DNA from: Octopus bimaculoides
Lineage: Eukaryota
Direction of reading: 5' to 3'
Assembly: GCF_001194135.2 (NCBI RefSeq)
Contig: NC_069008.1
Location: forward strand, 14,654,686-14,718,685
DNA length: 64,000 nucleotides
In this document: one piece after another, positions 11,200 to 22,319 of the stretch
Layout: every line of letters begins with the position of its first letter
Numbering within the stretch: the first letter of the stretch is position 1
The notes under the pieces: generated by a model
What the model saw: the letters and a program-made list of their open reading frames with translations, nothing else
Database searches by the model: none
What the model was told of the DNA's origin: nothing
Position numbers and translations under genes: made by a program

Positions 11200-12010
11200 G
11201 AATATTATGAAATATATACATCGATGATAATTAATTAATTACTTTTCGTTTTCAGTTAAAAATTAATTCAAGACTGTGTTATCTCCACTGATAGTAATTA
11301 ATCAATCAATAAGTTCGATTAGTGAATAATCTGACTGGTCTGTATTTTTCCCATTGACTAACCAAGCGTAACATACCGTTAAAGTGTTTGTTATGCGTAA
11401 CGACAGTGTTTTGTTGTCATAATGCAAGTGCAACGAATTAATGTGATAATACAGATCAATATTTGCTTTATTATTAATATGGACATTAAGTATATATCAA
11501 TTATGTTTTTACAATGTTATAGCTGAGGTATTCTGTATCTGCTCACTACAGATGGGTGGAGTTAGATATAAACAGCTATTTATATTAATAAATGTCACTG
11601 ATATCCGTCTGACATGCTAGAAATAGTAGTGAAAAGAAGACAATTTCATTAGTAAAGCCCTGCTATATGGAAACGTGACAGTAACAGCTGAAACGCTTTT
11701 GAACATAAACTCTGTTCGACCGAGCAGTCCTGGGACTTAACAACACCCTCTTGGCTTCTACTTTACCCAGAACCTCCAACCAAATAATAAGAACTTTCAT
11801 CCGGTACCCACTTTATATTTTACGTTACCTAGTGAACATCATCAAAGCTATTTGTCCTGATAGCATTAACATTGTTTAATGTTTCTAATTTCAACAACAC
11901 AACTACCAAGCGTAAAATTTCGTTATAGCGTTTGTGTTAGATGTATTTAAGATACTTACGAGACGATATCATTATGTATGGGGTTAATGAAAGAGGTTTA
12001 GATGAAACAA
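11200..12010 (-). repeat. Distal upstream module shared by the A, B and C loci
   Basis: Reverse complement aligns with 15060-15410 and 31790-32590; each copy is co-oriented with its ZNF gene. Confidence 0.6.
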
Positions 12011-12399
12011 CGGTATAGAGCAGAGGTTTCTGGAGTAATCATTCAACAATGTTATGCGTGGAAATATTTGAATATATATATAGCGAGGGACATACAGAGT
12101 TATTATACATACTTTCGTACTCTTATCTGTTATTAGATTTGGGTTGTTTTTTTTATTTTTACCTTAGCTTGTTTAAGTCATTGGACTGCAGCCATGCTGG
12201 GGCACTTCCTCGAAGAGTTTTAGCCGAAAGAATTGAAACTAATACTTTTTTTTAACCTGGTAAATATTCTGTCAGTTGTTTTTGCCAAACTGCTTAGACA
12301 CGGTGACATAAACAAAGCAGCACCGGTTGTTAAGCGATATGACCCCTGGACATAAATGTGATTAGAAAAATACAAGAGAAAGTTGAGGGGCTTCTAGCA

Positions 12400-12990
12400 T
12401 CCATGAGTAGGGAACAGTCAAAGCTTTCTTGTAGTCCAGCCACATTGAAATGAGGTTCCTTCTATGTTCCTACACCTCTGACATAACAGTTTTGTTTATT
12501 AACTGTTGCTCAGCACATCCCCAAACTTCCTTCTACTGTGATGATACTATTACATTCACAATGGTCTTCGAGGAAGTGATTCAAACATGTTGCATATATT
12601 TTATACATTAAGTTCTGGCTTGTAATTAGCCAGTAGTTTTTTGCCATGTGGGTGGTTCTGCATTTGAGGATCAGTTTTGTCTCTGTCAGTGCTAACCAGT
12701 GTGGTATGTTACTGTTCTCAATGAGAGCTTGCTGGTACAGGTTGATTAGATGTGGTCAGCAGAAGGTTAAGTCTCTTCCAGGTGCTTTTCCATCCTGAAG
12801 TTTCAGGATTACAGTCATGGGTGTAATGCAGAGACAATAACTTAATTGAAATTCTTCCAGCCACAGAGCATCTTGGTTAAACTCCATCTCTTCACTCAAA
12901 ATTTTTCTCCAGAAGGAGTCTATGTCTTCTCGTGAAGAAGCTTCTATGATGTTAACTGCTTCTCCTCTCATGTTGCCTGGGTAAATTTTT
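12400..12990 (-). mobile_element. R4/Dong-like non-LTR retrotransposon RT fragment
   Basis: FWRKI...GKAPGRD...IPHWL..T.LI.K...KNY.LIT..NLMYKI...MWLDYKKAF, with stops and frameshifts. Confidence 0.7.
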
Positions 12991-14294
12991 TTGTTTATGT
13001 ACGTATTTACAAATGTATGTTTGTATGTATGTATTCATTCTTTCTATTATATGGACAAATCCTGAAACTGCAGAGAAGTTGGATTGGCTGATTACCTCAA
13101 TCCCAGTTTTCAATTGGTACTTATTTTATTGAGTCTAAAAGAATAAAAGTCAAAGTTGATGTAAAGAACCAAAATAAATGCCACTAAGCATTTTGTCTGG
13201 CATGCTAATGATTTTGTCAGCTCACCACCTTAATAATGGTTTCAAATCTGGTACAAGGCCACCAATTTCAGAGGAAGGAGTAAGCCCATTACCTCAATCC
13301 CAGGGTTCGACTGTTACTTTATTTTATCGACTCTGAAAGAATAAAAGGTAAAGGCGACGTTAACAGAATTTTAACTTGGAATGTAAAGAGCTGGAAGAAA
13401 TGCTGCTAAGCATCTTGTCCAGCCGGCTAACGATTCTGCCAGCTCACTATCTTCATTCATGATATATTTTAGTTTCAAATTTTAAGTAGAAGACCATTAA
13501 GTACATGGGAGAGTGTAAATCAATTCATCAACTCAAGTGCTCAACTGGTACTTAATTTATCAACCCCAAAGAGATAAAAGGCAAAGTGGACCTTGGCAGA
13601 ATTTGAACTCAGAGCATTAAGATGGACAAAATAACACTTAGTATTTTACCCAGCGTGTTAACAATTCTACCAATTTCCCACCTTGTCCTTGACACATATA
13701 GAAAACATCACACATGTCTTTCATTGGCAAGTAATTTGGAATAATAATCAATAGTTACATTTTCTTTTTTAAATCTTTGTTATCGATTCCATTTCCCAAT
13801 TTCAGAAATACCCATGTTACAATACCCTTATGTGCTGGTCCTATATTAGTATTATGTGACTAATTATGTGATCAGGTGTGACTGTGTGGTTAAGAAGTTT
13901 ACTTCCCAACAATTTAGTCTTGGCATCAGTCCAGAGCCGGATAAGGCACATAGAAACCCTAAGCCCATCAAAGATATACATGTATGTAATTAAAAATATA
14001 AACAATAATAAACCACAGAATAAATTTTTATTTTGTCAAAATGAAACAAAACCAAGAGAAAGATGGAAAATAATGTTTATTTTTGCACACATCCACTTTA
14101 TTTATATTTGAAAAGCTTTCTCCTAGTTTTTTAACTACAAAGTCTTTCATTAGATCCTCACTGTGACACCATGAACACTTCAAAATTATATTTCTGATCA
14201 TATAAACCACTTTTTGTGCCATAAACCATTTACCATTTCTGTGGTTCCTTTCTTCCCTTGATGCTCTAAGCATGGGCTTATTTTGATTAACGGT

Positions 14295-14620
14295 TAATCC
14301 AGTACTGGGTCAATCCCACTGCATGGCACCTAGGGCAAGTGTCTTCTACTATAGCCCCAGGCTGGCCAAAGCCTCGAAAGTGAATCTGGTAAATAGAAAC
14401 TGAAAGAAGTCTGTCGTAAATGTGTGTGTGTGTCCTGGACCACTGCTTGACAACAGGTGTTGGTTTGTTTACATCCCCGTACACTAGCTGTTCGACAAAA
14501 GAGTTCGGCAGAATAAATAACAGTCTTAAAAATAAGTACTGGGATCGATTTGTTCGACCAAATCCTTCAAGGCGGTGCTCAAGCATGGCCGAAGTCCGAT
14601 GACTGAAACAAGTAAAAGAT
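14295..14620 (+). mobile_element. SINE of a second abundant family
   Basis: 3' end aaggcggtgctc.agcatggcc..agt...tgactgaaacaagtaaaaga also at 1-110, 12165-12340 (-), 19545-19735 (-) and 33200-33250. Confidence 0.7.
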
Positions 14621-15614
14621 ATGGACAAAACTACTTTTCGTTTCACCCATTCAGGATAGCCAAGTCAATTTTGTACATTCCGCAGCTTTTGGTTTCATTT
14701 TAATCTACATAACGCTTATATGTACCTCAAACGAAAGATCTTGCAAATTTAGTGTATAAAATATATTCCTACAACCGAGTTCTGACAAATGAATTAAGTC
14801 CAAAATTAGCTGCAGTAATAACTTTGTCATTTACTCTCTCACCATGTCTCTTTCTATCGTTCTAGTTCTCTCTCTCTCTCATAAATACAGTCTTTATCTC
14901 TCTTTCACACTCTCTCTATATCTCTATCTTCCTCTCTCTCTCTTATAAATATGCACACTCTTTTTCTCTCTCGCTACGTCCGTATGTCTCTTTCTATCTG
15001 TCCCTCTCATAAATATACACACACTCTCTATCGTTCTCTCTCTTTCTCCATGTATATATGATAGCTATTTCCCGGCACTTCATGAACGATTCCATTAACT
15101 CGTAGCTTCGTGGTGCTATCCTATCTAAATCTCTTGTTAACCCCATACCAAATGCTATCATCTTGTAAGTATCTTTAATATATCTAACACAAACACTTTT
15201 ACACTTGGCTGTTTTTTAAACTATAAATATTAAAACATTTAACAATGTTATTAGGGCAACCAGCTTTGATGTTGAATCCATAACATAATATAACGAGGAA
15301 ACTTTCAGCTATAAATCAATCGCAGGGAAAAATACAAACCAGTCAGTTTATTCAGTAATTGAACTATTAACTTATTAACGAAAAGTAATTAATCATTAGC
15401 GATATATATAAATATATATATATATCATAAGGTTCCAGTCTCTGTTTAAAATTAGAACAAAGTGACTGGGTTTTAATTGCTTTGTTCTGAACAAAGTTAG
15501 CTTCCTCGTGTTATTTATTCTTTTTCCTTTTACTTATTATCTATGCACACAAATAATATGAACTTTCGATGTCAATTAAAATGGATTGTAAACAATTAAC
15601 AGTGTAATGTAGTT

Positions 15615-15780
15615 TGTAATGAAATGAAATATGCAATCCTGAAGGTGGTGGAACATCGACCCTGAAACATATAGGTCGCCTTGTCTTATCCGCAAACATT
15701 ACCGTTCACCTTAACGCGAGGTAATTCATACATACGAAATAATGAGACTTAGCTCATGTAATTAAAAACATAATGAGTGG
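15615..15780 (-). repeat. Partial 5' cassette lying antisense to gene B
   Basis: Reverse complement contains aagacaaggcgacctatatgtttcagggtcg and atatttcatttcat, as at 680-750. Confidence 0.65.
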
Positions 15781-16516
15781 GTAATGTTTTTTTTTAACAT
15801 TTTGCCCTCAACTAAGAAACAAATCTATTAATCTGCACACACCCATATATATATGCATGTACGTATATATATATATATATATGCATGTACGTATATAGAG
15901 AGAGGGGGCGGAATTTTCTTTATGCATGCCATATAACCTCTTATAACTTTTTCATTTTTTGGAATTTTCAGAAAGTGTTTGCGAATTTGTTTTCTACACA
16001 CGGGAAATTTTACTACTATGCAAAAACAAAAACAAAAAAAAAATCAATTTTTCGAACTTATTTTTTTTATTATTATTATTAAATAACAGTTTACGGACAG
16101 TCGGAATTGTTTAAATCCCAGCAACAGACCATTAAATGTATTNNNNNNNNNNNNNNNNNNNNNNNNNNNNNNNNNNNNNNNNNNNNNNNNNNNNNNNNNN
16201 NNNNNNNNNNNNNNNNNNNNNNNNNNNNNNNNNNNNNNNNNNNNNNNNNNNNNNNNNNNNNNNNNNNNNNNNNNNNNNNNNNNNNNNNNNNNNNNNNNNN
16301 NNNNNNNNNNNNNNNNNNNNNNNNNNNNNNNNNNNNNNNNNNNNNNNNNNNNNNNNNNNNNNNNNNNNNNNNNNNNNNNNNNNNNNNNNNNNNNNNNNNN
16401 NNNNNNNNNNNNNNNNNNNNNNNNNNNNNNNNNNNNNNNNNNNNNNNNNNNNNNNNNNNNNNNNNNNNNNNNNNNNNNNNNNNNNNNNNNNNNNNNNNNN
16501 NNNNNNNNNNNNNNNN

Positions 16517-16550
<34 letters not shown>

Positions 16551-17360
16551 GTTGAGTAATAACCGATTGTTTCGTATCCATAAAAGTGCTTAGGCTAAAA
16601 GACGGCTCATCAGACTCTAATGGCCGCGTCTATGACGCTAAGCGCTTTATGGATGCAAAACCAATGGTCACTATATGATCGGTCATATAATTAACTGCCT
16701 ATAAATATGAGGTTTATGTATTTGTTTTGCAAGATATCTGATGTAAAAATTGTGTGTTGAAACGGATATTATTATATTTCGGGATGGTCCTTTTTTTTTC
16801 TGCCAAATAAACGTACACTATATTCGTTCTCCACTTCAGATTTATTTTATTAATTTTCTTATTTTATGTCATTTGTTTGGAAATCTTTCGTCACACTTCC
16901 TGTGACCTCTTCAGCGACTCTCCATCCCACCTAACTTCTATTCTGTTTGGTCCACTATGGATTGAACAGAAATGGAAAGTCACTCAAGAAATCACAGGAC
17001 GTGTGACGAAAGATTTTCAGACTAAGGATAATGAATAAGAACAATAATAAATTTGAAGTGAAGAACAAATATATAATGTGTGTGTTTATTTGGCAAAAAG
17101 AAAAAACGACTATACTGAAATCTAACAGTACCTATAAATACATTACTGCTCTAATGTTTAGAGTAGTCGTGTATTTCCTCCGCAGTAAAAACCTGTTCTG
17201 TACCCTTCTTTCATACGTTAACCCCCTTATCTTCTAGCATAAAGCTACCTCTCTCTCTCTTTACTGTAGATCCACTCACTCGAAGGGATGGTCATATTTT
17301 TTCTCCCCAATAAACACATGCACCATTTATTTGATCTTGACTTCAGCTTTATTATTAGTA

Positions 17361-17580
17361 AGGCGGCAAGCTGGCTAAATCGTTAGCACGCCGGGTGAAG
17401 TGCCTAGTGGTATTTCGTCTGCTGCTATGTTCTGAGTTCAAATTCCACTGAGGTTGACTTTGCCTTCCATCCTTTCGGGAGTCAATAAATTAAGTACCAG
17501 TGAAATACTGGTATCGATGTAATCAACTGTCCCCCTCTGCACCAATTTCAGGCCTTGTGCTTATAGTAGAAAGGATTATT
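17361..17580 (+). mobile_element. SINE of a third family
   Basis: aggcggcaagctggc...gagttcaaattcc...aattaagtaccagt; copies at 28030-28510 (+) and three at 13070-13690 (-). Confidence 0.65.
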
Positions 17581-18113
17581 CTGTCAGAGTTCTTTCACAC
17601 ATTCTGTAACCAGTGGCTTTCTGTTCATCATGTCTCCTCTTCTCTCTGGTCTTTTCCTTTCTATTCCATTTTTCTTTTGTCATTTTGTCACATATATATA
17701 CATGTGTACATGCAAGCAGGTACATTTTTCTCTGCAACATCTAACATTGTCATTTTTCTTTTTTTAATTTTTTAAATATTTTACAGTTGTGCTAACTGAA
17801 CAGTCCATTACAACCTCTTGAAGAGTTTCCACCAGAAAGTCTGCTTCCAGCCATTTGTTGAGGTTGCAGAGTTTTCAACCAACACAACATTCATCAATCA
17901 CACCAGCATTTCCTCTTATGCAAATAGCTATTTTGTGTCATTTAGGAAGAATCCTGTTTGCAACAAGCATTCAAATTGTCCAAAGAAAATATACCTATAT
18001 CACATTTGTTCTACAATTTGTAAACAGAAGTCTGTGATATCTGAGACCAGCAACAGAACTGTAATAGTTTAACTCACATTTATCAGTTTTTCAAAACTTC
18101 CTCAAGAATTAAT

Positions 18114-19526
18114 ATGGAGAACGTTAATCACTTGGACACTCCAAACAATGTTTTTAATGACAGAGATACAGAGACAGGCAGAGATGAGAAAGCTGTACAT
18201 AGTGAAACATTTATCAAACAAGAGCCATTGTACAGGGATGTTCCTGAATTTAGCTGTGAGATTTGTAAGGAAACTTTTCCTTCAGAACAAGAAGTTTTAA
18301 CACACAAAGAAATGCATTCTGGAGAAAAACAGTTTCAGTGTGGAATATGTGAGAAATCTTTCAGTCAAAATTCTCATCTTGCTATCCACATACGTAGTCA
18401 CACCAAAGGAAAACCATTTAACTGCCAAATCTGTGAGAAATCCTTCAGTAGTAGGTCTCATCTTGCAGCTCATGTGCGAATACATACTGGAGCGAAATCA
18501 TTTTACTGTGATATATGTGGCAAATCGTTTATCACTAACAGTCACTTGAAAAGACATAAACAAATACATGGAGGAGATAAACTGCATCAATGTGAAGTGT
18601 GTGGGAAGACGTATATTGATTATTCACAATTGATAATTCACACACGTAGTCACACTGAAGAAAAGCTGTATCATTGTAATATATGTAACAAATCTTTTGA
18701 TAAAAAGAGTAATTTAACAGAGCATGAAAGAATTCACACTGGAGAAAAGCCATTTCACTGCGAAATATGTGGGAAATCCTTCACTGATAATCCTAAACTT
18801 GTCGCTCACAAAAAAATCCACTCGGGTGAAAAACCATTTCACTGTCAAATCTGTGAGAAATCCTTCAGTAATAGGTCTTATCTTGCAGTTCATGTGCAAA
18901 TACATACAGGAGAGAAACCATTTTACTGTGATATATGTGGCAAATCGTTTATCACTAACAGTCACTTGAAAAGACATAAGCAGATACATGGAGAAAATAA
19001 ACTGCATCAATGTGAAATGTGTGGGAGGAAATATATTGATTATTCACAGTTGATAATTCACAGGCGTAGACACAATGGAGAAAAGCCCTATCATTGTGAA
19101 ATATGTGAGAAATCTTTTGGTAAAAAGAGTAATTTAACAGAACATGTAAGAATTCATACAGGAGAAAGCCCATTTCACTGTGAAATTTGTGGGAAATCTT
19201 TTACCAAAAATTCACATCTTGTAGTTCACGAAAGAATCCACACTGGAGAAAAACCTTATCAGTGTGAAATCTGTGGGAAGGCTTTTGTCTCTAAAAGTGA
19301 TCTAAACAGACATAAAAAGATTCATACAAGACAGAAGACATATAAATGTGATATATGTGATGAATATTTTGTCTGTAATCGTTATTTAACAAATCACAAA
19401 AGAATACACGCTGGAGAAAGCATCTTTCATTGTGAAATATGTGAGAAATCATTTATCACTGAGAGTCTTTTAAAAAAACATAAACAAATACATTCTGAAG
19501 GGAAATCTGCTGAAGAGGAGACTTGA
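18114..19526 (+). CDS. C2H2 zinc-finger protein B, 15 fingers (first atypical)
   Basis: Intact 470-aa ORF; leader MENVNHLDT; internal repeated finger blocks. Confidence 0.95.
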   Translation: MENVNHLDTPNNVFNDRDTETGRDEKAVHSETFIKQEPLYRDVPEFSCEICKETFPSEQEVLTHKEMHSGEKQFQCGICEKSFSQNSHLAIHIRSHTKGKPFNCQICEKSFSSRSHLAAHVRIHTGAKSFYCDICGKSFITNSHLKRHKQIHGGDKLHQCEVCGKTYIDYSQLIIHTRSHTEEKLYHCNICNKSFDKKSNLTEHERIHTGEKPFHCEICGKSFTDNPKLVAHKKIHSGEKPFHCQICEKSFSNRSYLAVHVQIHTGEKPFYCDICGKSFITNSHLKRHKQIHGENKLHQCEMCGRKYIDYSQLIIHRRRHNGEKPYHCEICEKSFGKKSNLTEHVRIHTGESPFHCEICGKSFTKNSHLVVHERIHTGEKPYQCEICGKAFVSKSDLNRHKKIHTRQKTYKCDICDEYFVCNRYLTNHKRIHAGESIFHCEICEKSFITESLLKKHKQIHSEGKSAEEET

Positions 19527-20739
19527 AAAATTGTTCTGTTTATCTTTTACTGGCTTCAGTTATTAGACAGCAGCCATGCTGGAGCAACACCTTCAAGAAT
19601 CTTAGTCGAACAAATTGACCTCAGTACTTTTTTTTTTTTGTTAACCATGGTACTAATTATGTTGGTCTCTTTTTGCTGAACCACTAAGTTATGGGGATAT
19701 GTACACACCAACACCAATTTTCAAGCAGTGGTGATGGGACAGACACAAAGACACATACAAATATATATATATATATATATATCCAAAAATGATTTCAAAG
19801 GGATATGTAATCCAGGCAGTTACCATGTTTCCTCTTAAATCGGTTTTGTATGCTGGCTAACCACAGTGAATGTTGTTGATACCCAAATTAGCAATAAGTT
19901 GCTAGACTCTGGTAATTTTTCTCACTTGGTAAATCCAAGTCTTCTATCCAGTACTGCATAGTTTCCATAGAGTAAGTAATAGTATTAATAATGATCAGGG
20001 GAATGAAGATTTGCCACATCTATAATTTTATTAAACAGTTATTTACAGCATTCTTTTGTGGACCTACATGCATTTCGACTGCACACTGTTAGATGTGCAT
20101 CCTGGGCGTTATTGTCAGTATAGTTTTATCAGAGCCCATTGTTTACTGCCATTCAACGTTAAGCTGGCATGAGAAACATGGATTGGTGCTGGACTGATAG
20201 ACAGCCTTGGGACTTTGGTTTGCACTGGCACTCCCTTAGGTTGGCCCCAGATGGTGGCCTGAGTGTTCCTATAGCATCTTGGTAGGTGCAATCCTGGTTG
20301 AATGGCCTTCATTCCTGAGGAAACTACGAATACAAAAATGAGTCTGCAGCAAATCCACAATACCATACAGCTGTCAGGCACTGTAAAACCAGTGGCTCTG
20401 GGGATAAGGAAGGGTCTCCATGTCAGCCCCAATCATGCCAAGGTGAAGAACGACCAACTTACTCCTGATCAGGGAATAACGGATCCTGACACCAGTGTCC
20501 CATCGTCGCTGATCCTACATAAGGGACAGGCCGGGCCATTTTGTTCTCGATTATGATTCCCATTCTCTAGTTCTTCAGGGTAATCAACTCCCTGACAATC
20601 TTGCTGTGGATCCTTTTGCTGATATCAGGCTCCCCACGCATGTCCCCTCCTCACTGAATGAGGACAGTGTGCCCACTGGCGATCCTTCAGGAAGTGATGT
20701 GACCCTCAGCCCATCAATGGACAACTTCACCCTCGAGAT

Positions 20740-21300
20740 TCCATGCATATTGATCTTGTTGCTATGCCCACTCTGCCCTCAACACCTCTTAAGTCCCATT
20801 GCCTAGAGTCTCCACTTAATGGACAGGCACAATAAGAAGCCTGTTTATCGATGCAGCCTGTGTAGCAGAGAAAGCAGCCACTTACACTCAATTAGGTGCC
20901 ACATCGCCAAGTGCAGGGGCAGCACTGATTTTGAAGATCCCAACACCCCACACTTACCATGTCCCTGTGAAGTATGCAATTAGACTATTGCAGCACAAGC
21001 ATTACCAGTATCCTGTGCAGTTGAACTGGCACAAAAGAGAGGGAATCATGCTAGACTTGCAAGGGCTATTGGGCAAGCCCCCCAGAGGTTGTTGGATGGA
21101 AGAGGAAGTCAATCCTCCTCGAGAAGGAGAAGGAACTGCTGGAGGCTGAGTGCAAAAGTGTCAATGTGGCCATCACCCCCTTTCTGCCTAATAAAGCCAT
21201 CATACAGATCAGATCTAAAAGAACTGACCTGGTACACTGAAAGCATAAGAGACAGTGTCCACTACCACCAGTACCATGACCATTGCCACCTGATTCAAGC
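20740..21300 (+). mobile_element. R2-superclade retrotransposon N-terminal remnant (three zinc fingers plus Myb-like motif)
   Basis: CPLC-x12-H-x4-H, CSLC-x12-H-x3-C, CEVC...LQHK..Q.P, then W.EEE; degraded. Confidence 0.55.
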
Positions 21301-21539
21301 CACGATGCATAGGAATCCATTCGATGCCAGGAATGCATACAAACACCGACATGTGAAGCTCCATCAATACGTGCGATTTCAGAACTTCGAATGGCAGTAA
21401 ACAATGGGCTCTAATGATACTGCACTGACCATAACACCAGGAAATGCATCTAACAGTGTGCAGTTGAAATGCGTGTAGGTCCACAAAAGTATGCTGTAAA
21501 TAATATAAGAAAAACTAATATTAGATTATCCTGTAAACC

Positions 21540-21890
21540 CAAGATTAATAAAAATCAATTCACAATTATAATTATCCCCATAGTGATAAAAGCACAATTA
21601 ATAAACATAATGATATGAATAATCAAATTATTACCTCCAATACCAACACCACTGTTTATCCATATAATGCTCTGAATAATAATATGAAACCACATACTCA
21701 TTTCATCAACTCTAACAAATCTAAAAGGGATTACAACATACCTATAAATAACAGTCACCCTGAAAAATGTAATAAAATTTGGTTAATTATTTCACATGCA
21801 ATGCAAATTAAAAATAACATTGTTAAATCTATATTTAAGGTCATAGATGTGGAAAATCTCCTTTCTCCTGATTATTATTAATTAATTATA
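21540..21890 (+). repeat. Partial direct repeat of PLE-internal sequence (copy at ~23850-24200)
   Basis: Near-identical ORFs 21615 and 23919 (MNNQIITS.TNTT..PYNALNN); consistent with the partial tandem structure of PLEs. Confidence 0.7.
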
Positions 21891-22319
21891 TAATTTCAGT
21901 CTGCTATAATGAATTCATAACCTCATATAAAACATCCAAGAATATATTTTTGTTTTTTCCCCCTATGAAGATATGCTCAGGTCATATGAATATAAATTTG
22001 ATATTTACTGAAACAGCTGTAAGTGAAGATGATTAATTTGCTGTTAATAATAAACAATTATTAACTTCCCAATCTCCATTTTCTTTTCTTCTTTTATATG
22101 AATAGAGACAATATGTTTTTATATATATATATATATATATATACACCTATTATTTTAAGAAAATTAATTCCTCAAAAATACTAAGTATTGGACCAGTATT
22201 TCCTTGAATGAAACCATCTCTTCACAAGGTTAACAACCGCTAATTGAATTTAATAATTAACTTTTATTTATTGCTCTAGTAATATATATATATATATATA
22301 TATAAAAGGTCTATACTGG

